64,000 bases of DNA, taken from NCBI GenBank assembly GCA_003231645.1, contig QIIW01000108.1, positions 2,443-66,442 on the forward strand. The letters run 5' to 3'. The notes under the pieces were generated by a model that was not told the origin of the DNA, ran no database searches, and saw only the letters and a program-made list of their open reading frames with translations. Origin of the DNA: Acidimicrobiia bacterium. Lineage in GTDB: Bacteria > Actinomycetota > Acidimicrobiia > Acidimicrobiales > Aldehydirespiratoraceae. Positions 17,834 through 28,052 of this stretch are shown one piece after another; position 1 is the stretch's first letter; every line of letters begins with the position of its first letter. Both the position numbers and the translations under genes were made by a program.

Positions 17834-19192
17834 TCAGTCGTCAACGGTCGGGATCGTGAACCCGACCGCGGCACCGCCCATCGGCGACTCACCGGCCGCG
17901 ACCTGGCCGCCGTGGCTCTCGGCAACCTGGCGGACGATCGACAGGCCGAGGCCCGAGCCGGGCAGCATGCGGGTCGACTCGACGCGGTGAAACCGGTCGA
18001 ACACCCTCGAACTCTGGGCGGCCGGAATCCCGGGCCCCGAGTCGTGGACGGTGACCGAGCCACCGTCAACCTCGACCACCACCTCCGATCCGGCCGGACT
18101 GAACTTCGCGGCGTTGTCGATCAGATTGCGAATGGCCCGCGACAACGCCTCGGGGCGGCCCTCGACGACCGCCGAACGCACGACCTGGAGTTCGATGGGA
18201 CGGCCGGTGCGTCGCCGGGTCCGTTCGACGACGGGCGCCGCCAGTTCGTCCAGCCGGACCGGCTGACCGGCCTCGTCGTCGCGCAGATCGGAGGCCAGAT
18301 CGACCAACTCGGTGACGAGGTCGGTGAGTTCACCCAATTCGGCGTCGAGATCCGACACGACGGCCCGATGTTGCTCGGGGGTGAGGTCACGGCCACCACC
18401 CAGTACGTCGACGTTGGTCCGAAGGCTGGTGAGAGGGGTACGGAGTTCATGGCTGGCATCCATGACCAGTCGGCGTTGCTGCAGCCGCGACTCGGACAAC
18501 GCCTCCAGCATCCCGTTGAAACTGGCGGCCAGCCGACCCACTTCGTCACCACCCGCCTGATCGACGGGGTGGGCGAGATCGCCGGTGGCGGCGACCCGTT
18601 CGGCCGCTTCGGTGAGCTGAGTGATCGGCCTGACCGTGCGGCGGGCTATGAACCACGCGGCGAGTGCGGCCGCCGCCGTCGCCAGCAGGCCGATGAGGAG
18701 GATGCGGGCCCGCATGGCCGATAGAACCGACTCGGTCTCCCCCAGTGGCCTGCCCAGCTCGACGAAGTTACCTCCCGGTGCCGACACGATGACGGTACGG
18801 ATGGATCCTGCCGATCCTCGGTCGGTGCCGAGTACCGGTCCGGCGACTGCCTCGAGCAGGACGGCTGGATCGGGCTCGGTGCCGAAACCCGGCCCCAGAG
18901 CCAGGACCACGTTGCCTTCGGCATCGATGATCCGGGCCAGCACGTCGAACCCCACGATCGACCCGAACGGGTCGTTGCGTCGGATGTGGTTCCCCGGCTG
19001 GAATCGGCCGGGCCCGGGTCGGGCGAACCCCCGCGGCTGGCGCGACACCTGTTCGGCACGCGTCATCAGGTTGCGGTCGATCTGGCCGAACAGTTCATCC
19101 CGGGTCGACCGATAGACCGAGAGCCCAACGATGGCCACCACGACCGCCACCACCACGGCCACCGCGAGCGTGACCCTGGCGCGCAGGCTCAC
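17834..19192 (-). CDS. HAMP-domain sensor histidine kinase (MprB-like)
   Basis: 2 TM, HAMP, DASHELRTPLTS H-box, NLIDNAAKF, DSGPG, GSGLGLSIV. Confidence 0.93.
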   Translation of the reverse strand: MSLRARVTLAVAVVVAVVVAIVGLSVYRSTRDELFGQIDRNLMTRAEQVSRQPRGFARPGPGRFQPGNHIRRNDPFGSIVGFDVLARIIDAEGNVVLALGPGFGTEPDPAVLLEAVAGPVLGTDRGSAGSIRTVIVSAPGGNFVELGRPLGETESVLSAMRARILLIGLLATAAAALAAWFIARRTVRPITQLTEAAERVAATGDLAHPVDQAGGDEVGRLAASFNGMLEALSESRLQQRRLVMDASHELRTPLTSLRTNVDVLGGGRDLTPEQHRAVVSDLDAELGELTDLVTELVDLASDLRDDEAGQPVRLDELAAPVVERTRRRTGRPIELQVVRSAVVEGRPEALSRAIRNLIDNAAKFSPAGSEVVVEVDGGSVTVHDSGPGIPAAQSSRVFDRFHRVESTRMLPGSGLGLSIVRQVAESHGGQVAAGESPMGGAAVGFTIPTVDD

Positions 19193-19869
19193 GTTCCGTC
19201 GTCCCTGACCACATAGCCGACGCCACGCACCGTGTGGAGAAGCCGAGGGAGGCCTCCCATCTCGATCTTCCTGCGCAGATAACCCACGTAGACATCGAGT
19301 GCCTTCGAGTCGCATTGGAGCTCGCCGTCCCAGACCCGGTCGTAGATGACCTCGCGGCTCAGCACCACACCGGAGTTGATCATCAGTACCTCGAGCAACT
19401 CGAATTCGGTGCGGGAAAGATCGAGCAGGCGCGAACCACGGGTGACACGACGACCGGCCGGGTCGAGAACCAGATCGGCCACCACCAACTTGTCGGCATC
19501 GTCGTCGGCCGAGGGACGCAGACGAGCCCGGATTCGGGCCAACAACTCCTCAAGAGCGAAGGGCTTCACCAGATAGTCGTCGGCCCCGGCGTCGAGTCCG
19601 GCCACCCGATCGGGTACCTCATGGCGGGCGGTGAGCATGAGAACCGGTGTGTCGTCCCCCGACTGCCGCACCTTCCGGCACACGGTCAAACCGTCGACGT
19701 TGGGCATCGACACGTCGAGGATCAGCATGTCGGCGCGACGCGACGCATGCAGTTCAAGGGCCCGGGCCCCATCGTTGGCCGTGATCACCTCATAGCCCTC
19801 GAGTCCGAGGGCGCGCTCCAGGGAATCTCTCACCCGGCGGTCGTCCTCGGCGATCAGGATCGTTGACAA
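19189..19869 (-). CDS. OmpR-family response regulator (MprA-like)
   Basis: TTG start with GGAGG RBS; AEDD, LDVSMP, GADDYLVKPF, DVYVGYLRRK, HTVRGVGY. Confidence 0.93.
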   Translation of the reverse strand: MSTILIAEDDRRVRDSLERALGLEGYEVITANDGARALELHASRRADMLILDVSMPNVDGLTVCRKVRQSGDDTPVLMLTARHEVPDRVAGLDAGADDYLVKPFALEELLARIRARLRPSADDDADKLVVADLVLDPAGRRVTRGSRLLDLSRTEFELLEVLMINSGVVLSREVIYDRVWDGELQCDSKALDVYVGYLRRKIEMGGLPRLLHTVRGVGYVVRDDGT

Positions 19870-19942
19870 GGGGCTCCTCCGTCCGGGTCGGGGCGCGCCA
19901 CGCGGACGCACGCACGATAGCCCCCGATCATGGAAGGCCCGG

Positions 19943-19959
19943 GTGAGGGAATGGTGAGA
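19943..19959 (-). promoter_or_regulatory. Tandem hexamer site TCTCAC-N5-CCTCAC upstream of the response regulator (putative autoregulatory box)
   Basis: + strand gtgagg(19943) and gtgaga(19954), 11 bp apart; same hexamer as the 8163-8201 array. Confidence 0.55.
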
Positions 19960-19994
19960 GTCGGCCGGGGAACCGCCTCAGATATGGTCATCGG

Positions 19995-20819
19995 GTGCGC
20001 ATCCTGGTGACGAACGACGACGGAATCGACTCGGTGGGGCTCCACGTCCTTGCCCGGGCCCTGAAGCCGATCGGTGATGTGGTCATCGGTGCCCCCGACC
20101 GGGAGTATTCGGGGTTCGGCGCGGCGGTGGGATCATTCTCCGAGATGAAGCCCGAGATGCGAAGAGTCACCGTCCCCGGGATCGACGAGGCGTGGGCCGT
20201 CAACGGCCCACCGGCGCTGTGTGCCATGTTCGCCCGGCTCGGGCTGTTCGGCGATGTCGATCTGCTGATTTCGGGGATCAATCCGGGGGCCAACGTCGGC
20301 CGTAGCATCTACCACTCCGGCACGGTCGGCGCCGCTCTCACCGCCCGCAATGGCGGTATCAACGCGATTGCCGTGAGCCAGTCGGTCGAGGATTGGGGCG
20401 TCGAGGGCCAGGGCTGGGATGCCATGCTCGAAGCCCAGGATTGGCAGAGCGCGGCCGACGTAGCCGCGGTCATGACCGCCCGTCTGGCCGCCGACCTTCC
20501 CGACGACCCGGTGCTGCTCAACATCAATGTCCCCAACAGTCCGATCTCCGAGATGTCGGGTTGGCGCCGGACGGGCGTCGGGGTGCTCCCGCCCCGCACC
20601 GTGACCAAGGCCGAGCTCGAAGCCAAGCCGGGCCACGAAGGAACCTTTGTCGTCAAGATGTCGTGGGGCGATGCCGTCGAGGTTCCGGCCGAGTCCGATG
20701 CCGGCGCGGTGATGGCCGGCTACGTCTCGGTCAGCTGGCTCGGTCGCATCGACGACACGTCGATCGAGACCACTCAGTCGGCGGCCGCCGAAGCAGCTCT
20801 CGATTCCCTGCTCGGCTGA
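19995..20819 (+). CDS. surE: 5'/3'-nucleotidase SurE
   Basis: MRILVTNDDG, SGINPGANVG, HSGTVGAA, NINVP. Confidence 0.93.
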   Translation: MRILVTNDDGIDSVGLHVLARALKPIGDVVIGAPDREYSGFGAAVGSFSEMKPEMRRVTVPGIDEAWAVNGPPALCAMFARLGLFGDVDLLISGINPGANVGRSIYHSGTVGAALTARNGGINAIAVSQSVEDWGVEGQGWDAMLEAQDWQSAADVAAVMTARLAADLPDDPVLLNINVPNSPISEMSGWRRTGVGVLPPRTVTKAELEAKPGHEGTFVVKMSWGDAVEVPAESDAGAVMAGYVSVSWLGRIDDTSIETTQSAAAEAALDSLLG

Positions 20820-20823
20820 CCTG

Positions 20824-22731
20824 ATGCTCACCGCCTCGGGTCTGTCCAAGTCATATGGACCGCGTCGGCTCTTCCGTGATGTGACACTCGAGCTCTCGGC
20901 CGGTCGCCGCATCGCTCTGGTGGGCAGCAACGGAACCGGCAAGACCACACTCATCGAGATTCTCGTTGGTATCGGGGAACCCGACGAGGGTCGCGTCACC
21001 AAGCCCCGCGACATGCTGCTCGGTTACCTGCCCCAGAACCTGGTCGACACTGCCGACGGAACCGTGCTCGAGGAAGTGATCGCCGGCGCAGGCGAACTGG
21101 CCGAACTCGAGAAACGCCTCCATCATCTCGAAGCGAGAATGCAGGACCCCGCCGCCGATCAGGAGGATGTCCTGGTCGAATACGGCGAGGTGCAGGGACA
21201 TTTCACGGCCATGGGCGGCTATGCGCTCGAGGCCGACGCCCGCAAGGTTCTCGCCGGACTCGGATTCGTCGAAACCGACGCCGACCGCCCGGTCAGGGAG
21301 ATGTCGGGCGGTTGGCGCATGCGAGTGGCGCTGGCCCGACTGCTGCTCGCCAAGCCCGACGTGCTGATTCTCGACGAACCGACCAACCATCTCGATATCG
21401 ATTCGGTCGCCTGGCTCGAACAGCAACTCGCCAACTGGCCGGCTGCGCTGCTGTTCGTGAGCCACGACCGCGACTTCATCGACGCCGTCGCCGACCGCGT
21501 CGTCGAACTGGCCGAGGGGACGGCCCTGGAGTACGTGGGCGGGTTCGCCGAATTCGTGGTGGCCCGCGAAGATCGACTCCATCGCATCGAGGCCGCGGCC
21601 ACCCGCCAGGCCCGCGAGGTGGCCAGGGTCGAGCAGTTCATCGACCGGTTCCGTTACAAGGCCACCAAGGCCCGCCAGGTCCAGAGCCGTGTCAAGACCC
21701 TCCAGAAGCTGGAGATGATCAAGGCCCCCGATCGTCGACAGCTCGTGGCGAAGTTCGCGTTTCCCGAACCACCGCGTTCGTCGCGCGTCGTCGCAGAGTT
21801 CCACGACGCCACGGTCGGATACGGCGACATGGCGGTCGTGTCGCACGTGTCGTTGGCGGTCGAACGCGGCCAGACCGTCGCCCTTGTCGGGCCCAACGGT
21901 GCGGGCAAGACCACGCTCCTGAAGCTCATTCTCGGTCATCTCCAACCCACCGCGGGCCGGGCCGGGCTCGGTGCCAATGTGAGCATCGCCACGTTCCATC
22001 AGCACCAGGCCGACGAACTCGACGGCGACAAGACGGTGATCGAGGCATTCTCCGGCGGGATCGTCCCCGGCAAACGCAACCTGCGCACGGTTCTCGGGTC
22101 GTTCGGTTTCCCGGGCGACGCCGCCGATCGCCACGTCCGCGACCTCTCCGGGGGCGAACGAACCCGGCTCGCGCTCGCCCACACCATGATCGAACCGGTC
22201 AACCTTCTCGTGCTCGACGAACCCACCAACCACCTCGATCTGCCGAGCTGCGACGTGCTCGAGGACGCTCTCACCGCCTACCCGGGCACCGTGCTGCTCG
22301 TCACCCACGACCGCCACCTGATCCGCAATGTTGCCGACGCCATCATCGACGTCCGCGACGGTCGAGCCACCTGGCACCCCGGTGTACCCGACGCCGTTCT
22401 CACCCCGGCCGATCCCGGCCGTATCGGATCGAGACAACGCGAGTCCAACCGGGCCGCCGACCCCCGGGCCGAACGCCGCCGGGACTCCGCCCGGTCGCGA
22501 CAGGCCACCAACGACCTCCGCAGACGGGTGAAAAAACTCGAACGCGACAGCGACATCGCCGAGGCGAAAGCCGCCGAGTTGGCCGCCCGGTTGGCCGACC
22601 CCGAGGTTTACGAGCGCCCCGAAGAGGTCCACCGGCTGGCCACCGCCCATGACCAGGCGGTAAAGCTCGCCGAGTCGCTGCTGACCGAGTGGCACGAGAC
22701 CGCAGAGGAACTCGAGTCTCTCGGCGGCTGA
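20824..22731 (+). CDS. ABC-F family ATPase
   Basis: Two NBDs (GSNGTGKT/SGGWRMR/LDEPTNHLD and GPNGAGKT/LSGGE/LDEPTNHLD), no TM, C-terminal coiled coil. Confidence 0.94.
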   Translation: MLTASGLSKSYGPRRLFRDVTLELSAGRRIALVGSNGTGKTTLIEILVGIGEPDEGRVTKPRDMLLGYLPQNLVDTADGTVLEEVIAGAGELAELEKRLHHLEARMQDPAADQEDVLVEYGEVQGHFTAMGGYALEADARKVLAGLGFVETDADRPVREMSGGWRMRVALARLLLAKPDVLILDEPTNHLDIDSVAWLEQQLANWPAALLFVSHDRDFIDAVADRVVELAEGTALEYVGGFAEFVVAREDRLHRIEAAATRQAREVARVEQFIDRFRYKATKARQVQSRVKTLQKLEMIKAPDRRQLVAKFAFPEPPRSSRVVAEFHDATVGYGDMAVVSHVSLAVERGQTVALVGPNGAGKTTLLKLILGHLQPTAGRAGLGANVSIATFHQHQADELDGDKTVIEAFSGGIVPGKRNLRTVLGSFGFPGDAADRHVRDLSGGERTRLALAHTMIEPVNLLVLDEPTNHLDLPSCDVLEDALTAYPGTVLLVTHDRHLIRNVADAIIDVRDGRATWHPGVPDAVLTPADPGRIGSRQRESNRAADPRAERRRDSARSRQATNDLRRRVKKLERDSDIAEAKAAELAARLADPEVYERPEEVHRLATAHDQAVKLAESLLTEWHETAEELESLGG

Positions 22732-22775
22732 GCCCGCCGTCGCCCGACGCCGGAATCGGTCGTAATCTCCGACCC

Positions 22776-24734
22776 ATGCCACCGATCTGGACGCCCTCCC
22801 CGCAACAAGTCGCCGACGCCAACCTGACCCGCTTCGCGGCTGCGGTCGGGGCCGAGGGTTTCGAAGGTGTCCAAGCGTGGGCGCTTGCCCATCCCGGCGA
22901 GTTCTGGGCTGCGATCTGGGACCACCTCGGCGTGATCGGCGAACGTGGCGACACCCTGCTCGAATCCGCCGATGATCTGCCCGCCAACCGGTTCCTGCCC
23001 GACTCGCGGCTCAACGTCGCCGAGAACCTGCTGGCCGGAGCCGGCGCGTCCGATGGCGCCATCGCCATGATCTTTCGCGGCGAGGCCGCCGATACCCGAC
23101 CCGGAATCTCGACCCGTGACATCACATGGGGTGAACTCCGCGGCACGGTCACACGTCTGCAGGCGGCAATGCTGCGGGCCGGAGTCGGAAGGGGCGACCG
23201 GGTCGCGGCGTGGCTCCCCAACGTCCCCGAGACCTACATGGTGATGCTTGCTGCCGCCTCCATCGGCGCCGTCTTCTCGTCCACCTCGCCCGACTTCGGC
23301 GCCGACGGGGTCGTCGATCGCTTCGGTCAGATCTCGCCGAAGATCCTCTTCGGCTGCGACGGGTACACCTACGGGGGCCGCACCCACGACCGTCTGGGGC
23401 CCTTGGCCGAGGTGGCAGCGAGGCTGCCTTCCCTGGAGCAGGTGGTGGTGGTGCCCTTCATGGGCGATGGCTCCGCGGGCGACGTCGATGGGGCCGTCAC
23501 GATCGACGACTTCACGGCCGGTGCCGATGACCGCCATCCCGATTTCACGAAACTTCCCTTCGACCACCCCTGGTACATCCTCTACTCGTCGGGCACCACC
23601 GGCAAGCCGAAGTGCATCGTCCATCGAGCCGGGGGCGTGCTGCTCAAGCACCTCACCGAACACCAGCTCCACTGCGACGTGAGACCCGGTGACCACGTCT
23701 TCTACTTCACGACCGCCGGCTGGATGATGTGGAACTGGCTGGCATCCGGTCTCGCCTCCGGAGCCACCCTCGTTCTCTACGACGGCTCACCGTTCCATCC
23801 CGATGGCAACCGACTCTTCGACCTGGCCGACGAAACCGGTATCACCCTGTTCGGCACTTCGGCCAAGTTCATCGAGTCGATCGCCAAGGCCGGGCTCCGT
23901 CCTGTCGACACCCACGATCTCGCCACCATCCGCACCATCACCTCCACCGGCTCCACCCTCGTTGCCGAGGGCTTTCACACCGTCCACGAATCGATCAAGG
24001 CCGACGTGCACCTCGCCTCGATCTCCGGTGGCACCGACCTCTGCGGGTGCCTTGTCGCCGGTGACCCCACGTCACCGGTCTGGGCCGGCGAGATCCAGCG
24101 GCCTGCCCTGGGCATGGCCATCGACGTCGTCGGCCCCGACGGCCGGTCGCTGCCCCCCGGCGAACGAGGCGAACTCGTCTGCCGGTCTCCGTTTCCGTCG
24201 ATGCCGCTCCGCTTCGTCGACGATCCGGGCGACGAACGATTCCACCGCTCCTACTTCGAGCGGTTCGCCGGCATGTGGCACCAAGGCGACTTCGCCGAGT
24301 GGACCGAACACGGTGGCATCGTCATCCACGGCCGCTCCGACGCCACCCTCAACCCCGGTGGCGTGAGGATCGGAACGGCCGAGATCTACCGCCAGGTCGA
24401 CAAGGTCCCCGAGGTTCTCGAAGCGGTCGTGATCGGCCAGGAGTGGGGCGACGACACCAGAGTCGTGTTGTTCGTGGTGCTGCGTGACGGCGAGGAACTC
24501 ACCGACGAACTGGTGACCCGCATCAAGCGCACCGTACGAGAGGGGGCGACGCCGCGCCACGTCCCCGCGGTCGTCGCCGCAGTACCCGAGATTCCCCGCA
24601 CCCGCAGTGGCAAGATCGTCGAGTTGGCTGTGCGCGACATGGTCCACCACCGCACGATCGACAACACCGAGGCGCTCGCCAACCCCGAGGCCCTCGGCCA
24701 CTACATCGACCATCCGGCCCTCTCCGCGGGCTGA
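22776..24734 (+). CDS. Acetoacetate--CoA ligase
   Basis: ILYSSGTTGKPKCIVH, GWMMWNWL, SISGGTD, GRSDATLNPGGVRIGTAEIY, PRTRSGKIVE. Confidence 0.93.
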   Translation: MPPIWTPSPQQVADANLTRFAAAVGAEGFEGVQAWALAHPGEFWAAIWDHLGVIGERGDTLLESADDLPANRFLPDSRLNVAENLLAGAGASDGAIAMIFRGEAADTRPGISTRDITWGELRGTVTRLQAAMLRAGVGRGDRVAAWLPNVPETYMVMLAAASIGAVFSSTSPDFGADGVVDRFGQISPKILFGCDGYTYGGRTHDRLGPLAEVAARLPSLEQVVVVPFMGDGSAGDVDGAVTIDDFTAGADDRHPDFTKLPFDHPWYILYSSGTTGKPKCIVHRAGGVLLKHLTEHQLHCDVRPGDHVFYFTTAGWMMWNWLASGLASGATLVLYDGSPFHPDGNRLFDLADETGITLFGTSAKFIESIAKAGLRPVDTHDLATIRTITSTGSTLVAEGFHTVHESIKADVHLASISGGTDLCGCLVAGDPTSPVWAGEIQRPALGMAIDVVGPDGRSLPPGERGELVCRSPFPSMPLRFVDDPGDERFHRSYFERFAGMWHQGDFAEWTEHGGIVIHGRSDATLNPGGVRIGTAEIYRQVDKVPEVLEAVVIGQEWGDDTRVVLFVVLRDGEELTDELVTRIKRTVREGATPRHVPAVVAAVPEIPRTRSGKIVELAVRDMVHHRTIDNTEALANPEALGHYIDHPALSAG

Positions 24735-24827
24735 GACGCCGAACCCGCTCCTCCTTCACCGCAATTGGATCGGCTCGACCACCCCCGACGCTCCACATCG
24801 AGCCGGGCATCGGGCTAGCTTCTGGCC

Positions 24828-25712
24828 ATGTCGTCAGTCAAAGCCAACGGAATCACCATCGAGTACGAGATCCGTGGTGATGGGCCGCCGGTCCTCTTGG
24901 TCATGGGACTCGGCGGGCAACTCACCGACTGGCCCGAGCAGTTCGTCGACGCCTTCGTCGATCGCGGGTTCAAGACGATCGTGTTCGACAATCGCGACAT
25001 CGGGCTGAGCTCCGAAACGGCGTGGGAGCCCCCGGGCCAGGCCGCGCTCATGCGCGCCTACCTGCGTCACAAGCCACTCAGAGACGTCCGGTACACCATC
25101 GACGACATGGCGGCTGATGCCGCCGGGCTGCTGCGGGCACTCGACATCGACTCGGCCCATGTCGCCGGTGTCTCAATGGGCGCCATGATCGCGCAGGCGC
25201 TCGCCATCAACCATTCCATCTCGGTGAAGTCGCTCTGTTCGATCATGTCCAACACCGGTGATCGCAAGAACGGCCTGATGAAGAAGTCGCTCATGTGGAA
25301 GGCCCGCAAGTTCGTGAAGCCGACGGACGAGATCACCGTCGAACAGGGCATCGAGATGTTCCGACTCATCTCCGGGTCGACCTTCGATGCCGTCGAGACC
25401 CGCAGGATCCTGACCAAGGGGCTCGAACGCAGCCACCGGCCCGAGGGTACCGCCCGGCAGACCGCGGCGATCGCCGGTAGTCCAGACCGCACATCGGGCC
25501 TGCGACACGTCAAGGTCCCGACCCTCGTCATGCACGGCCTCCAGGACCCGCTTGTTCTCCCGACCGGTGCCATGGCCACCAGCCGCGCCGTACCGGGTTC
25601 GAGGCTACTGATGTTCCCCGACATGGGTCACGACCTCCCCTCGACCCGCACCGACGAGATGGTCGACGCGATCGTGTCCAACTTCGCCCGAGCCCGGGCC
25701 ACGGTCGGCTGA
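24828..25712 (+). CDS. Alpha/beta fold hydrolase
   Basis: LVMGLG, FDNRDIGLS, GVSMG nucleophile elbow, MGHDLP. Confidence 0.9.
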   Translation: MSSVKANGITIEYEIRGDGPPVLLVMGLGGQLTDWPEQFVDAFVDRGFKTIVFDNRDIGLSSETAWEPPGQAALMRAYLRHKPLRDVRYTIDDMAADAAGLLRALDIDSAHVAGVSMGAMIAQALAINHSISVKSLCSIMSNTGDRKNGLMKKSLMWKARKFVKPTDEITVEQGIEMFRLISGSTFDAVETRRILTKGLERSHRPEGTARQTAAIAGSPDRTSGLRHVKVPTLVMHGLQDPLVLPTGAMATSRAVPGSRLLMFPDMGHDLPSTRTDEMVDAIVSNFARARATVG

Positions 25713-25735
25713 GCGCCGCATCGACGGCGGATCCC

Positions 25736-26803
25736 TTGAGCGTCCACCCGGCCATCGTCACCGAGCCCGCCGCCATCACTCCCGAGTGGATGACCTCGGT
25801 GCTCCGCTGCGCCGGCCATGAGGTCACGGTCTGCGCCCTGGCCGGCGAACCGGTGGGCACCGGACAGATGGCTCACAACGAGCGCTACCGGATCACCTAC
25901 ACGGGCGACGCTCTCGGGGCTCCCGATTCGGTGGTGATGAAGTTTCCCTCACCCAATGACCAGAGCAGGGCCGCCGGCGCCCAGGGCGGCTACCGCAGCG
26001 AGGTCAGGTTCTACACTGAACTCCGGTCGGGCCTGTCGATCTCGACCCCCGAGTGTCTCTACGGATCGGTGTCGGAGGATTCCACCGTCTTCACACTGGT
26101 CCTCGAGGATCTGGCGCCGGCCCACCAAGGTGACCAGCTCGCCGGGGTTGACGACGATCAGGTGATCCTTGCCGCCGCCAACCTCGCAGGGCTCCACGCC
26201 CCCCGCTGGGACGACCCGGGCCTCGACGACATCGACTGGCTCGAGTCGAGCGGAGCCGGTGCCATCAGCTTCGTCGGGCTGTTCACTCCGGTGTTCATCG
26301 AGCGATACCGCCACCGGCTCTCCGAGCAGGCTCGTATGGTCTTCGAGACCTTCGGGGCCAATGTCACCCGCTGGGTGGAGGCCGAATCGCCGGTGCACAC
26401 CCTCGTTCACGGCGACTACCGGCTCGACAACCTCATGTTCGCCACGTCCGAGGGAGGAGCGCCGGTGACCGTGGTCGACTGGCAGACCCTGGGCCACGGG
26501 GCCGGAGGACGGGACCTCGCCTACCTACTCGGCAACTCGACCGAACCCCGCCACCGCCGTCGCCACGAATCAGAGGCGATCGGTGCCTATCTCACGGCGA
26601 TGCGGCAACTCGGAGTCGACCTTTCGACCAATGAGGCGATGCGGCAATACCGCCACGGCATGTTCCAGGGGCCGCTGATCACCATGCTCGGTTCGATCGC
26701 CGTCGGCCGGACCGATCGCGGCGACGACATGTTCATGGCAATGGCCGAGCGCTCAGCCGCTCAGATCATCGACCACGACGCCCTCGACCTGATAAGCGGC
26801 TGA
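25736..26803 (+). CDS. Aminoglycoside/choline kinase-like phosphotransferase (EcKinase-like)
   Basis: VGTGQM, EVRFY, LVLEDL, HGDYRLDN, VDWQ. Confidence 0.88.
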   Translation: MSVHPAIVTEPAAITPEWMTSVLRCAGHEVTVCALAGEPVGTGQMAHNERYRITYTGDALGAPDSVVMKFPSPNDQSRAAGAQGGYRSEVRFYTELRSGLSISTPECLYGSVSEDSTVFTLVLEDLAPAHQGDQLAGVDDDQVILAAANLAGLHAPRWDDPGLDDIDWLESSGAGAISFVGLFTPVFIERYRHRLSEQARMVFETFGANVTRWVEAESPVHTLVHGDYRLDNLMFATSEGGAPVTVVDWQTLGHGAGGRDLAYLLGNSTEPRHRRRHESEAIGAYLTAMRQLGVDLSTNEAMRQYRHGMFQGPLITMLGSIAVGRTDRGDDMFMAMAERSAAQIIDHDALDLISG

Positions 26804-27697
26804 ACGACGCTCGACGGCGATCGAGGTGACAGTTCGCCGACCCGCCGCCACACCGTCGACCGCAAAAACGACCAACCCGGCCCAGATGATCACATAGCCG
26901 ACAATCTGCCCGCCCGACCAGCTCTCGTCGTAGAGAAACACCCCGAGCAGAAACTGCAGGGTGGGGGCGATGTACTGGAGTATCCCGATGACCGAGAGAT
27001 CGATCTGGCGAGCAGCCGACACGAACAGCAACAGTGGCACCGCCGTGAAGACACCTGCTCCGAGCATCAGGATGTCACGTGTGGGCACGGTGACGCCGAT
27101 CGCGCCGTGGCCTCCACCGGCCCTGACGGCGATCGCCACCAGGGCCAGTGGCAACAGGACCGCCATCTCGAGGGTGAGCCCGTCGAGGGGACCGGCCGGG
27201 GAGGTCTTGCGTATGAGCCCGTAGACGCCGAAGGTGCCGGCGAGCACGAGCGACACCCATGGCAGGGTGCCCACGTCGACGGTGAGCACGCCGACACCCA
27301 CCGTCGCCATGCCGACCGCCACCCACTGGACCGGTCGTAGCCTCTCACCGAGGACCATCACCCCCAAGACGACATTCACGAGTGGGTTGATGAAATAGCC
27401 GAGGCTGGCCTCGAGGATCCGCTGGTTGTACACGGCCCACACGTAGACCAGCCAATTGACGCCGAGAAGCAGTCCCGTGAGGACGGCCAGGCTCATGGCT
27501 CTGTGGTCGCCGGCAACCGCCACGGTTCGATGCCCCGATCGCATCACCAGATGAACCAGCAGCAGCACCGTGAATGTCGCGGCAATCCGGAAGGTGATCA
27601 CGTCGAATGCCGCCACGTCGTCGAGTTGCTTCCAATAGAGGGGTCCGAGTCCCCAGATCAGATACGCGGTCAGCGCGGTGACCATCCCCTTCGACAT
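26753..27697 (-). CDS. rarD: EamA family transporter RarD
   Basis: AYLIWGLGPLYWK, EASLGYFINPL, GILQYIAPTLQFLLGV. Confidence 0.92.
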   Translation of the reverse strand: MSKGMVTALTAYLIWGLGPLYWKQLDDVAAFDVITFRIAATFTVLLLVHLVMRSGHRTVAVAGDHRAMSLAVLTGLLLGVNWLVYVWAVYNQRILEASLGYFINPLVNVVLGVMVLGERLRPVQWVAVGMATVGVGVLTVDVGTLPWVSLVLAGTFGVYGLIRKTSPAGPLDGLTLEMAVLLPLALVAIAVRAGGGHGAIGVTVPTRDILMLGAGVFTAVPLLLFVSAARQIDLSVIGILQYIAPTLQFLLGVFLYDESWSGGQIVGYVIIWAGLVVFAVDGVAAGRRTVTSIAVERRSAAYQVEGVVVDDLSG

Positions 27698-27777
27698 CGC
27701 GCGACCCTAGCCATGCCCCATCGAATCGGCGCACGGATATTCGACCAGCGAGTCCCGAACCCGGCACACTGATCCCC

Positions 27778-28023
27778 ATGGCTGAGATCACAACCGCACC
27801 GGTCACCGAGCAGGTCACCAACCCGGTCACCGACGACGGCGACCATGACCGTTTCTCCCACTACGTCCGCAAGGCCGACGCAACCCGTGCCGCCATCGAA
27901 GGCACCCCCGTCATCGCATTGTGCGGCAAGGTGTGGGTCCCCACCCGCGACCCGTCGAAGTACCCCGTTTGCAAGACCTGCGCCGAGATCCGAAAGCAAC
28001 TCATCAACCGCACCAACAACTGA
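27778..28023 (+). CDS. DUF3039 domain protein
   Basis: GDHDRFSHYV...GTPVIALCGKVWVPTRDPSKYPVCKTC. Confidence 0.92.
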   Translation: MAEITTAPVTEQVTNPVTDDGDHDRFSHYVRKADATRAAIEGTPVIALCGKVWVPTRDPSKYPVCKTCAEIRKQLINRTNN

Positions 28024-28052
28024 TCGACGAAAGCATCCACCAAGGAGTCACC

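Noticed and set aside
20851-22782. Long antisense ORFs (e.g. 643 aa here, and 39456-40835, 54103-55569)
   Set aside because: Shadow frames of well-supported genes, expected in high-GC DNA; no motifs.
26753-26803. 51-bp convergent overlap between rarD and the phosphotransferase gene
   Set aside because: Short tail-to-tail overlaps are common in GC-rich genomes; no sign of function.
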